Part shown: one piece after another, positions 56,161-64,000 of the stretch
Layout of the letters: every line of letters begins with the position of its first letter
How positions within the stretch are numbered: the stretch's first letter is position 1
Assembly: GCA_963817525.1 (NCBI GenBank)
Contig: CAWFOU010000007.1
Coordinates: forward strand, 448,001 to 512,000
From: an uncultured archaeon
GTDB lineage: Archaea > Thermoproteota > Nitrososphaeria > Nitrososphaerales > Gagatemarchaeaceae
Direction: 5' to 3'
DNA length: 64,000 nucleotides
Position numbers and translations under genes: made by a program
The notes under the pieces: generated by a model
The model's database searches: none
What the model was told of the DNA's origin: nothing
The model's input: the letters and a program-made list of their open reading frames with translations, nothing else

Positions 56161-57003
56161 ATGGCAAAGAACATCTTCTCCGAAGTAGAGAAGCAGGCGG
56201 ACGCCGGGGGGGCGTCTAGGGCGTCCTGGCGCGGGATCCTGAGCCTCAATATCCCCACCCTGGGCCTCGGGGCGGTGGAGTACCACCTCCGCGCGGCGAA
56301 GGCCCATGGGGATCTGAAGCCCGTGACCTTCGTGAAGCTAGACAAGAAGACGGGGAAGGAGGTCGTGAGCAGGGAGGTCCCGAGGATGTATCGCTACAAG
56401 GAGGGGCCCGACGGCGAGCGCACCGACGTCGCGGAGATCTCGCCCGAGGACGCCAAGAAGAAGGTCAGGTACGACGGCAAGTACATGGTCTCCGTGAGGA
56501 CGGAGAAGAGGTACTTCCTCAAGCACGAGCTCGAGATGTCGGGCCACTGGATAGAGGTCCCCGCCGACCGCATCGTGGACAAGCAGGACGGAGAGGAGAT
56601 AGAGCCCTTCGAGAGGACGACGCGGGTCGAGGTTGAGCAGGACGGGTTCGTCCCCATCGAGCGGCTAGAGGAGTACAAGTTCAAGGAGGTGTACCAGCTG
56701 TCGCCCGACACGGACAAGAGGGTCAAGGAGACCACCGCGAGGGTCAAGCAGCTCGCGCGCTACCTGCTGGAGAAGCACACGGCGCTCGTCGCCTTCTTCT
56801 CCTGGGGGAGGGGGTACCAGTTCTACACCGCGGTCATCTACCCGTACGAGCGCAAGGACGGGAAGCTCTGGCTCCTGATGGGGATGAGCGAGGGCATACT
56901 GAAGCTCGACACGGCCTGGGCGCTCGAGAGCGAGGAGCAGGGCGAGGGCCTCGCGCCGGTCCCGACGGCGAAGAAGAAGCCCAAGGTCACGATATCGAAG
57001 TAG
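56161..57003 (+). CDS. Divergent Ku-like DNA end-binding protein
   Basis: RASWRGILSL resembles Ku RAIWKG.ISF; V.F..LDKKTG..V resembles F..LH...G.RI; FVP...EEYKF..VYQLSP resembles FV...ID..YF..PYYL.P; L...L.E...ALVA.F...Y.AVI.P matches Ku; basic C-terminal tail. Confidence 0.68.
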   Translation: MAKNIFSEVEKQADAGGASRASWRGILSLNIPTLGLGAVEYHLRAAKAHGDLKPVTFVKLDKKTGKEVVSREVPRMYRYKEGPDGERTDVAEISPEDAKKKVRYDGKYMVSVRTEKRYFLKHELEMSGHWIEVPADRIVDKQDGEEIEPFERTTRVEVEQDGFVPIERLEEYKFKEVYQLSPDTDKRVKETTARVKQLARYLLEKHTALVAFFSWGRGYQFYTAVIYPYERKDGKLWLLMGMSEGILKLDTAWALESEEQGEGLAPVPTAKKKPKVTISK

Positions 57004-57021
57004 CTTGCCGAGAGTCCACCC

Positions 57022-57861
57022 ATGAGCGAGCTGCCGGACTACGTCGCGGAGCACTTCGCCCACGCGGTGAAGCAGGACCTCGGGACGTGGCTACTTCACA
57101 ACCCCCTCCCAGCGCTCGTCGAGCCGAAGCTTGACGGGATCAGGGTCTTCCTCTTCAAGAGCGGGGACAAGCTCGTCATCTCGAGCAAGCACGGCGGGAT
57201 GTACACGCCCCAGTCTAGCCCCAAGGTCTTCGCTACGTTCCCCGAGCTGCTGCACACCCCTCACAGGATGATCCTAGACGGCGAGTACGTGTCGAGGGAG
57301 CCTATCAAGAGGAAGGGGGTGTTCCTCTTCGACGTGATGCAGGTCGACGACAGGGACATCGGGTCGCAGCCCCTGAGCGAGAGGAAGAAGGTCCTCCGAG
57401 AGATACTGGAGGACACGGGCCTGGAGGTCCCCTACAGCATGGCGAAGACCGCCCAGGAGGTGCTGGTGCTCAAGGAGCGCTACGCGAAGGAGGGATACGA
57501 GGGGGCCGTCGCCAAGAACCCGCTGTCCGCCTACGGGGATCAAGGCTCGTGGCTCAAGCTCAAGACGTTCGAGACCATCGACGTGTTCGTCATGGACTAT
57601 GAGAAGACCCAGGAGATGGAGAGGACCGGCGTCCCCCGCTCATGGGTGGTAGGGGTCTACGACGACCAGGGTAGGAGGGTGTCCCTTGGGAAGGTCGGGG
57701 CGTTCGTCGAGAAGGTCGACCCCCGCCAGGTGAAGAAACACTCCGTGGTCGAGGTGAGGTACCAGGAGATCACACAGGACATGAAGCTGCGCGGGGCGTT
57801 CATCCTGAGGGTCAGGCACGACAAGGTCCCCAGCGAGTGCCTGCTCTCCCAGGCCAAGTGA
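57022..57861 (+). CDS. Minimal ATP-dependent DNA ligase (adenylation plus OB domains only)
   Basis: Motifs I EPKLDGIR, III ILDGEY, IIIa LFDVM, IV EGAVAK, V WLKLK, VI RVRHDK; 279 aa. Confidence 0.93.
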   Translation: MSELPDYVAEHFAHAVKQDLGTWLLHNPLPALVEPKLDGIRVFLFKSGDKLVISSKHGGMYTPQSSPKVFATFPELLHTPHRMILDGEYVSREPIKRKGVFLFDVMQVDDRDIGSQPLSERKKVLREILEDTGLEVPYSMAKTAQEVLVLKERYAKEGYEGAVAKNPLSAYGDQGSWLKLKTFETIDVFVMDYEKTQEMERTGVPRSWVVGVYDDQGRRVSLGKVGAFVEKVDPRQVKKHSVVEVRYQEITQDMKLRGAFILRVRHDKVPSECLLSQAK

Positions 57862-57870
57862 GGAGAGAGG

Positions 57871-58413
57871 ATGCCCTCCCTGAAGAAGGACCTCGACCCG
57901 AAAGCCGCCGGGAGGATTGCGGGCGACTTTCTGAAGAAGACCTCCGACCTCTATTACAGGGCGGAGCTTGGCGGGAGCATCCGTAGGAAGGCCCCGGTCG
58001 TCCATGACATCGACTTCGCTGTCATCCCCAAGGGGGACGACTTTCCAAAGTGGAAGGAGGAGGTGACGGACCGCGTCGTCGAGATCGGCGGGAGGGTCAT
58101 CACCTTCGGCGAGGTCATCTCTGACTTTTTCTACAAGGGGGCGCAGGTAAACCTCTTCCTCTGCCCCGGGCCTGACTCCTGGGGCGTGACCCTGATGTGG
58201 GCCACGGGCCCGAAGGGCCACACCATCGGGATGACGATAAAGGCGAGGGACAAGGGGCTCCTCATCAACTCTAGGGGAATATGGACCCGGGAGGAGCACC
58301 CCCGTCTGGTGCCCGCGAGGACGGAGCACGAGGTCGGCAAGATACTGGGGTGGAAGTACAAGCCCCCGGAGGAGCGCGGGAAGGACGTCAAGGAAAAGCC
58401 GGCCTTCTACTAG
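57871..58413 (+). CDS. Minimal X-family DNA polymerase (palm plus thumb only)
   Basis: GGSIRR....HDIDF, QVNLF, WATGPK, A...G..IN..GI, TE.EV...LG..Y.PPEER; 180 aa. Confidence 0.88.
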   Translation: MPSLKKDLDPKAAGRIAGDFLKKTSDLYYRAELGGSIRRKAPVVHDIDFAVIPKGDDFPKWKEEVTDRVVEIGGRVITFGEVISDFFYKGAQVNLFLCPGPDSWGVTLMWATGPKGHTIGMTIKARDKGLLINSRGIWTREEHPRLVPARTEHEVGKILGWKYKPPEERGKDVKEKPAFY

Positions 58414-58428
58414 GACGGTGGACGGAGC

Positions 58429-59424
58429 CTACTCGGGCCACTTGCCGAGCTCGCTGAGGGCGCGGTCGACGAATCGCATGTCGACCCAGTCCTTTACGGG
58501 CGCGGAGGGGGCCGCCGGGACCTGTCCGGACTTTACGAGCACCGCCACGGTGTCCTTCACCCAGCCGGGGTCGAGACTCCCGTTGACCGGCCAGTGCCCG
58601 CGGGTCTGCTCCCAGAGCTTCTTGATCGCGTCCCTCCCCAGCTCAGGGCGTCTCTTCGCCGCCGCGGCGACCCACACTGACGGGTGCTCGCTGAACTCTC
58701 TGGACGCCTTCACCAGGCCCTTCACTGCCGAGAGGACAGTCTGGGGCTCCTCCTCGACCAGCTGAGCTCTCGCCACGACCACGAGGTACCCCACCTCGCC
58801 ACCCTCGGCGACCTCCCTGCCCTTTGCGAGGATCCTGAAGCCCTTCTTCCCCTCGAAGAGGGCCATCGTCTGCGACGTCGTCCAAGCGGCGTCCAGCTCG
58901 CCGTCGATGACCTTGTTGATCCTCTCGCTGGGGACGGTGCCTCCCTCGACCCAGCGCACGCCCGACTCGGGGTCGATGCCGTGGTCCCTGAGGTAGGAGG
59001 CGACCGAGCGATGGTTCGTGGCCCCCTTTTGTGAGATGCCGATCCTCTTTCCCCTCAGCTGTTCTGCGGTCTTGATGGACGCTGAGGTGACCAGCATCAC
59101 CCCTCCGTCGGGAGGGACGGAGCTGGGTGGCGGCGGCTTTAGCGGGTTCCCGTGCACGCTCCCCCACACCACCCTGAGCGCGGCACCCTTCGCCACTTCG
59201 GCGACGACGGGGGAGATGTTGACCTGCGCCATGTCCGCTTCGTCCCTCTCCGTGGCCGCGAGCGCCTGGGGTGTCCCGTCGCACCCCAGGATCTTGACGT
59301 TCAGGCCCTCCTTCGACATGAAGCCGAGGTCGGCCGCGAACGCGGGGACGGAGCCCGTGTTCAGCGACACCGGCTTGACCCGGTCGGCAAACGTTATCGT
59401 GCGCGCTTTTCGCTTGGCTGCCAC
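58429..59424 (-). CDS. SsuA/THI5(NMT1)-type solute-binding fold protein, no signal peptide
   Basis: A.DLGF..KEGLNV, L.GKRIGIS..GA, GELDAA, D..FV..A. Confidence 0.85.
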   Translation of the reverse strand: MAAKRKARTITFADRVKPVSLNTGSVPAFAADLGFMSKEGLNVKILGCDGTPQALAATERDEADMAQVNISPVVAEVAKGAALRVVWGSVHGNPLKPPPPSSVPPDGGVMLVTSASIKTAEQLRGKRIGISQKGATNHRSVASYLRDHGIDPESGVRWVEGGTVPSERINKVIDGELDAAWTTSQTMALFEGKKGFRILAKGREVAEGGEVGYLVVVARAQLVEEEPQTVLSAVKGLVKASREFSEHPSVWVAAAAKRRPELGRDAIKKLWEQTRGHWPVNGSLDPGWVKDTVAVLVKSGQVPAAPSAPVKDWVDMRFVDRALSELGKWPE

Positions 59425-59472
59425 GCCTCGAAAAAGGCCCCCCGCGAATATATTGCTTGGGTTCGGATGAAT

Positions 59473-59934
59473 CTAACCAGGGCGCGAGAGCTCCCTGTCC
59501 ATCTCGAGCGCGTCGTCCCCGTCTGAGTAGTACTTCGCGAAGACCTTGCCCGTCTCCTCGAAGGAGAGCTTCCGGTATAGGCGGAGCGCCGCGTCGTTGC
59601 CGGCCGCCACGAGCAGCCTCACCCGCGAGGACCTGGCCGAGAGGTGGTCGAGAGCCGACCTCATCAGCAGCTCCCCGACACCCTTGCCCCTGGCCTCCGG
59701 CGAGACTGCTATCGACTGGATGGACCCCTCGCCCCCCTGGGAGAGGGCAATCACGTATCCTACTACCGAGCCCCGGTCCGAGGCGACGATGAAGCCTTCG
59801 CGGGCGATGAGCATGTAGGCGACAAAGTCCAGCCTGGTGTACGGGCGGTCGGGGAAGGAGGCCCTCTCCACCTTCGATACCTGGGGGAGGTCTGCCATCT
59901 CGCACCTCCGCAGCACGGGGCCCTCGGGCGGCAT
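59473..59934 (-). CDS. RimI/Ard1-like GNAT N-acetyltransferase
   Basis: E..SF, SIAV.PEARGKGVG, N..AL.LY.KL.F, KYYSDGDDA..M. Confidence 0.9.
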   Translation of the reverse strand: MPPEGPVLRRCEMADLPQVSKVERASFPDRPYTRLDFVAYMLIAREGFIVASDRGSVVGYVIALSQGGEGSIQSIAVSPEARGKGVGELLMRSALDHLSARSSRVRLLVAAGNDAALRLYRKLSFEETGKVFAKYYSDGDDALEMDRELSRPG

Positions 59935-59944
59935 TCGGCCCGAC

Positions 59945-60631
59945 CTACTGGGCTTCCTTGTAGACCCTGCGGCCGACCCCGAATATCCAGATGGAGGAGG
60001 CGGCGATGAAGAGGGCGGTGACGAGGTCGTAGCCCGCGAGGAAAGGCAGGTACCTCACGATGTTGAGTGCCCCCACGAAGAAGCCCAGGTACGGGAGCCA
60101 CTTCTCGAACGCGCTCCTCATCATCGCGACGGAGACGAATATGACGCCCATGCCGATGAACGAGGACCCGATGAGCGGGTTGTTGCCTGCGACCACGGCC
60201 TCGGCGGCGATCGCCAGGGCCTGCTGTGAGACAGCGTTGGTCGACGCGGAGAACGCGGCGCTGAGGGTGAGGAGGGCGGGGTCGGTGCTCGAGACGAGCG
60301 TCACCGTGAAGCCGACGACGAGCAGCCCGGCCCCGATGAGCGCGAAGCTCCTCTCTGCAGCCCTGGTGGCCACGTAGATGCCCAGAGCGCCGACGACGGA
60401 CAGCGAGTTGCCTATGGTGAAGAGGACGTAGGAGACGACGTAGAACGACCTGTACTCGGCGATGTACTGGAGGTAGCTCTCGGTCGTCAGGCCTGGCTGG
60501 GGAAGGACGAACACGGCCATGAACGCCCAGACGAAGAGGACGGCTGCCACCACGAGCGACGCGCCCGCAATCCTGTAGAGGTTCTTGAGAGACCCGCCAG
60601 GGCCCCAGGCGAGTTCCTGCGTCTGCTCCAT
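59945..60631 (-). CDS. Multi-pass membrane protein (DUF4386-like)
   Basis: About 6 TM segments with a typical F.KWL.YLG segment. Confidence 0.7.
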   Translation of the reverse strand: MEQTQELAWGPGGSLKNLYRIAGASLVVAAVLFVWAFMAVFVLPQPGLTTESYLQYIAEYRSFYVVSYVLFTIGNSLSVVGALGIYVATRAAERSFALIGAGLLVVGFTVTLVSSTDPALLTLSAAFSASTNAVSQQALAIAAEAVVAGNNPLIGSSFIGMGVIFVSVAMMRSAFEKWLPYLGFFVGALNIVRYLPFLAGYDLVTALFIAASSIWIFGVGRRVYKEAQ

Positions 60632-60681
60632 GTTTTCTCGGGAGGGCTTTCGATATTTAAGGGGGGACGGGCTGTCTGCGG

Positions 60682-61605
60682 TCAGGCGTAGCCCTTCGCC
60701 CCGAAGAAGCGCCTCGCCTCTCCGGCCTCCGCCTCCTGGAAGCCACGCACGTCGCCTCTCATCATGGAGTCCATGTGCTCGAGCATCAGCCTCCTCGACA
60801 CGGTCCTGTAGAACTCCTTGCAGACCGAAATCGCCCTTACGACCTCCGCGTCGCCGACGTAGACTCCCCGCTCCTCGACCTGGTACCCCTCCGCCTCAAG
60901 CGCCCGGACGAAGGAGGAGAAGCGGCTCTTCGGGTCGCGGATGGCCGCGACCTTGGCCTCCGAGATGGTGATGGTCTCGGGCCTTGAGGCCCTGATGAAC
61001 TCCAGCACCCGGGACATGGACTGCAGGACACCCGGGGCCGGGTTCATTATACGGGTATAGACCTCCTTCTGCATCTCCTGCATGTAGTCGACGTCCACGT
61101 CGAGCAGCCACGAGCCCGCCCTCTTCATCCTGCGGGCAAGGGCTTGGAGGGGCCTCGGGGGGCTTTGGTACACCTCAATCCCCATGGTCTCGGCAAGGAA
61201 CTCGACCGCGGAGGCTATCGACTCCTGCTGGTCGGAGACCCGGAGCGACCGTGGGAGCTTGGACTCGACGTCCATGGCGTGCCTCGCGAGCATCGCCTCC
61301 GGGACGACGAGGACGAGGTCAGGGGCCTTCTTGCTTGACTCGCCCTCCCTGAGGGACGGGAGGCCGCCCGTGATGTTTCGAAGCGCCGAGTGGGCGCCCG
61401 TGCGGGCCGCGATGATCCGCAACTCCTCCGGGTAGATGCTGTCGTCTCCTCCAAGGGAGACGTCGAGGTGCGAGTCCATGCTGACGATGGCGTCGAGCCG
61501 CAGGCCCAGCTCGGATACGGTCGCGGGGACCTGCGAGTGGATGCTGTGGATTATCGCGTGCAAGTTCGGTTGCAGAACTGGGCCTTCTCGCGGCGTCCGA
61601 TTCAT
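60682..61605 (-). CDS. Hypothetical protein with arginase/deacetylase-like metal motifs
   Basis: SMDSHLD, LLDVDVDY, ITISE. Confidence 0.6.
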   Translation of the reverse strand: MNRTPREGPVLQPNLHAIIHSIHSQVPATVSELGLRLDAIVSMDSHLDVSLGGDDSIYPEELRIIAARTGAHSALRNITGGLPSLREGESSKKAPDLVLVVPEAMLARHAMDVESKLPRSLRVSDQQESIASAVEFLAETMGIEVYQSPPRPLQALARRMKRAGSWLLDVDVDYMQEMQKEVYTRIMNPAPGVLQSMSRVLEFIRASRPETITISEAKVAAIRDPKSRFSSFVRALEAEGYQVEERGVYVGDAEVVRAISVCKEFYRTVSRRLMLEHMDSMMRGDVRGFQEAEAGEARRFFGAKGYA

Positions 61606-61643
61606 TAAGATTCTCGGCGGGACGAGCCCGCGAGCGGGATCTT

Positions 61644-61910
61644 CTAGACTGGTATGGACGCGATGACCTTGCCGTTGGTGTCGTCCGTGATGTTGATCTG
61701 CTGGGGGTGCCTCGCGAAGACGACGCGCCTCATGCTCACGATGAAGTCGGAGCCTTCCTTGCCGTCCAGCTTCAGCTTGCTGCCCGCCGCGACCATGTCC
61801 CTGAACTCCCCCGTGCGCTTGGGGATCCCGACGGTCTTGATGTATCTTACCACAGCGTCGCTGCCGTAGAACTTCGCCCGCGCGTCCTGGCCTTGCTTCT
61901 CGTCACTCAT
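61644..61910 (-). CDS. Small hypothetical protein
   Basis: 88-aa ORF, TTTTATA box upstream, host codon bias. Confidence 0.65.
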   Translation of the reverse strand: MSDEKQGQDARAKFYGSDAVVRYIKTVGIPKRTGEFRDMVAAGSKLKLDGKEGSDFIVSMRRVVFARHPQQINITDDTNGKVIASIPV

Positions 61911-62068
61911 GAAATATTCACATGTTCATGCCCTGGGGCGGTATAAAAGGTGGACAAGGCGGGTGTTCTTGCTCGGTCTTTGGCCTCCAAATCAGGCCTA
62001 CCATAGTCTTAATAGGCCCCGACGGACATCCACAATGAAGGTCTTATCACGTAGTAAACAACGGTTAT

Positions 62069-62263
62069 CTCTGGAAGACTGACGAGCACCTGAACCACGT
62101 CGCGAAGGTCAGGTACATGCACGGCGACGAGCTGACCGACCTCCCCGGAGTGACTGGGATTGGGATAGGCAAGGACCACATAATCGTCTATGTGTCGACC
62201 AGCGAGGTCGAGGTCCCCGCCATGGTAGAGGACGTCCAGGTAATCAAAGTCCAGCGACGCTGA
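62069..62263 (+). CDS. Small protein resembling a protease pro-domain; start uncertain (first ATG 62117)
   Basis: LWKTDEHLNHVAKVRYMHGDELTDLPGVTGIGIGKDHIIVYVSTSEVEVPAMVEDVQVIKVQRR*; not in ORF track. Confidence 0.55.
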   Translation, partial: LWKTDEHLNHVAKVRYMHGDELTDLPGVTGIGIGKDHIIVYVSTSEVEVPAMVEDVQVIKVQRR

Positions 62264-62288
62264 CCGAAATCTCCGCCGGAAGACGATT

Positions 62289-62516
62289 TTACCCGAGCAG
62301 GTAGTCTGCAAGGCCGTCGGGGTCTATGATGCCGACCTCCCTCAGGGCCTCCTGCAGGTTGTCGAGGCGTATGGAAATCTCCTTGGTCAGCGTCTTGCCC
62401 GAGGCGTCCTTGTATGTTAGGAGTGACTTTTCCCTGTCGCTCGTCGACTCCTCAATTGAGACGTAAGTGAGGCCCTTGGCCTTGAAAGCCTCCTTTACCT
62501 CATTCATGAGAGACAT
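62289..62516 (-). CDS. Small hypothetical protein
   Basis: 75-aa ORF with ATG start and upstream TTAATA box. Confidence 0.6.
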   Translation of the reverse strand: MSLMNEVKEAFKAKGLTYVSIEESTSDREKSLLTYKDASGKTLTKEISIRLDNLQEALREVGIIDPDGLADYLLG

Positions 62517-62597
62517 GCCCGCATGCTCGCCTGGTGGAGCCCATGCCGAATCGCCCCTATTAATGCTCGCGCCGCGCCCCGGCGAGAGCCGGCGCCC

Positions 62598-63008
62598 CTA
62601 CCTTCCCGACCTGCGCTTTTCGGACGCTATCGAGGCCACGGTGATCCACAGAGAGAACGGGTCCTCGACTCCATGGTCCTTGTCCTTCTCCTCCACGATG
62701 AGCGCCTTCAGCTCCTTCGAGGCGCCCTTGCACACCTTGCACCCGCCGCGGGCGCTCCCCTTTACCATGTGCTCCGCGATGTAGTGGTGGACCGTCGAGG
62801 TGGGCCGGGAGAGCATCTTGGCGAGGTCGGTGAAGCTCATGCGCCGCAGCTCGCCGGAGATGCCTTCGTGCATCATGACCGCGAAGTAGTGCTCGTCCTC
62901 GGGGGTCTTCACCGTCTTGTTGACGATCTCCCGCAGGACCTGCCTGGCAATCAGCGCGCCCGCGGCGCTGTTTATGGCCTCAGGCGGCATCATTATCTTT
63001 ATTCCCAA
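62598..63008 (-). CDS. HTH protein with possible His/Cys zinc site
   Basis: MSFTDLAKMLSRPTSTVHHY (HTH), then H...H and CKVC. Confidence 0.6.
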   Translation of the reverse strand: MGIKIMMPPEAINSAAGALIARQVLREIVNKTVKTPEDEHYFAVMMHEGISGELRRMSFTDLAKMLSRPTSTVHHYIAEHMVKGSARGGCKVCKGASKELKALIVEEKDKDHGVEDPFSLWITVASIASEKRRSGR

Positions 63009-63144
63009 AGGTTCTCTGGCCTGAGAGCCGGTCCGCCATAGTTCTCCTTTTGCGATGTTCCGGAGAGCCGAAGGTCGGTTTCTTCTGGAATCGGGAGGGC
63101 CGGCGTGGACACTATAAATATAGCCGGAGTCGCAATATTTCGTC

Positions 63145-63936
63145 TTGTTCTCGACGAAACCGAGGTATTTTCCAAGGAACGTCGGCGTCTCCGCACCCCC
63201 GGGCGAGAACGTCCACGAGTTCTTGGTGGTCTGGACTCATGAACTCGGCGCCCTGGAGAAGATCCTTCAGGTCTTTTCGATGCACAAGGTCAAGGTCATC
63301 GTGACGAACTCCCAGCCGGACGAGGCCACGGGCACGGTCATCGGCACGTACTACTGTGAAATGGCGAAGGGCGGCCAGACCGTCGAGGCCGTGCGGATGG
63401 CGATCAAGGCGCTGAGCTTCGTGAGGAGCGTGGACTCCGCCAGCTCCGAGCAGTCTCTCTTCGACAAGTTCTTCTTCCCGGTCACCGTGTGGGGGCGAGA
63501 GAGGGTCATCATAATGAGGCTGGACCCTCTGGTGAACATCGAGAAGAGCTTGGCGCAGGAGCTCGGTTCGGCGGGAAGCGCGATCATGTTCAGGGAGGGC
63601 GAGAGCTACGCGACCGAGACGATCGGCCAGTACAGGAGGGTCCTGGGGGACGTGTCGACCGAGACGCTCCTCGAGAACGTGAAGGACGGTCTGCGCGCGA
63701 CGGGCTGGGGGCTCTTCGAGTTCAAAGAATCGAACGACGGCTACGACGTGACCGTCCGCGACGCCCCTAGGTTCGGGGGCACGACCGAGCCGAGCAGGTT
63801 CCTTTGCGGGATAATCGCCGGGATATTGGAATCGGTCTTCTCGGTCAGGATGAAGATCGTCGGGTCCACGTTCGACCCCAAGAGCGCAAGCGTGTTCGTG
63901 AGACTAACGAGGATCACGAGCGGCCCACTGGCGTAG
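63145..63936 (+). CDS. ACT-domain plus V4R-like domain protein
   Basis: HELGALEKILQVF..HKV.V (ACT); GS.IMF..G, ATGWG, F..GIIAG.LE (V4R-like). Confidence 0.75.
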   Translation: MFSTKPRYFPRNVGVSAPPGENVHEFLVVWTHELGALEKILQVFSMHKVKVIVTNSQPDEATGTVIGTYYCEMAKGGQTVEAVRMAIKALSFVRSVDSASSEQSLFDKFFFPVTVWGRERVIIMRLDPLVNIEKSLAQELGSAGSAIMFREGESYATETIGQYRRVLGDVSTETLLENVKDGLRATGWGLFEFKESNDGYDVTVRDAPRFGGTTEPSRFLCGIIAGILESVFSVRMKIVGSTFDPKSASVFVRLTRITSGPLA

Positions 63937-63937
63937 G

Positions 63938-64000
63938 TCACAGAGGGCGCGCGTAATCCTTGGTCGAGATGTCGTAGGTCTTGCCGTAGGTCCTCGTCTC
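63938..64000 (-). CDS. 3' end of a CDS entering from the right edge
   Basis: ...ETRTYGKTYDISTKDYARPL* with host codon bias. Confidence 0.4.
   Translation of the reverse strand, partial: ETRTYGKTYDISTKDYARPL

Noticed and set aside
55371-58413. Provirus or plasmid origin for the Ku-ligase-PolX genes
   Set aside because: No integrase, structural genes, att repeats or GC shift were seen around them.

Overview
This 64-kb window is gene-dense, GC-rich archaeal chromosome. TATA-like boxes lie about 25-30 nt before the starts, there are many GTG/TTG starts, and there are class III signal peptides, PhoU-AbrB, DUF2153 and PriL. The gene set suggests a non-ammonia-oxidising Nitrososphaerota-type lineage (inference only). 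No rRNA, tRNA or CRISPR array was seen. Most genes are transporters, redox enzymes and secreted proteins. Main observations: (1) a compact three-gene operon at 56161-58413 encodes a divergent Ku-like protein, a minimal ATP-dependent DNA ligase and a 180-aa minimal PolX, a candidate archaeal end-joining system using an X-family polymerase instead of the usual AEP/LigD polymerase; (2) a complete 3092-bp IS6-family element (17011-20102) has 25-bp imperfect TIRs and an 8-bp GAAGGGCC target duplication, and carries a DUF262-HNH defence-type gene, a tiny RHH-like regulator and inverted 10-bp repeat arrays; (3) a CBS-NurA-HerA operon has a 533-aa LAGLIDADG intein inside the HerA Walker A motif; (4) a PriL has a PriX-like C-terminus and no Fe-S motif; (5) several micro-ORFs are missing from the ORF track or buried in longer ORFs (26-aa acidic peptide, Cys-rich and Cys/His-rich peptides); (6) five genes are broken by single lesions. 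All family assignments come from motif recognition by eye; no database search was run.
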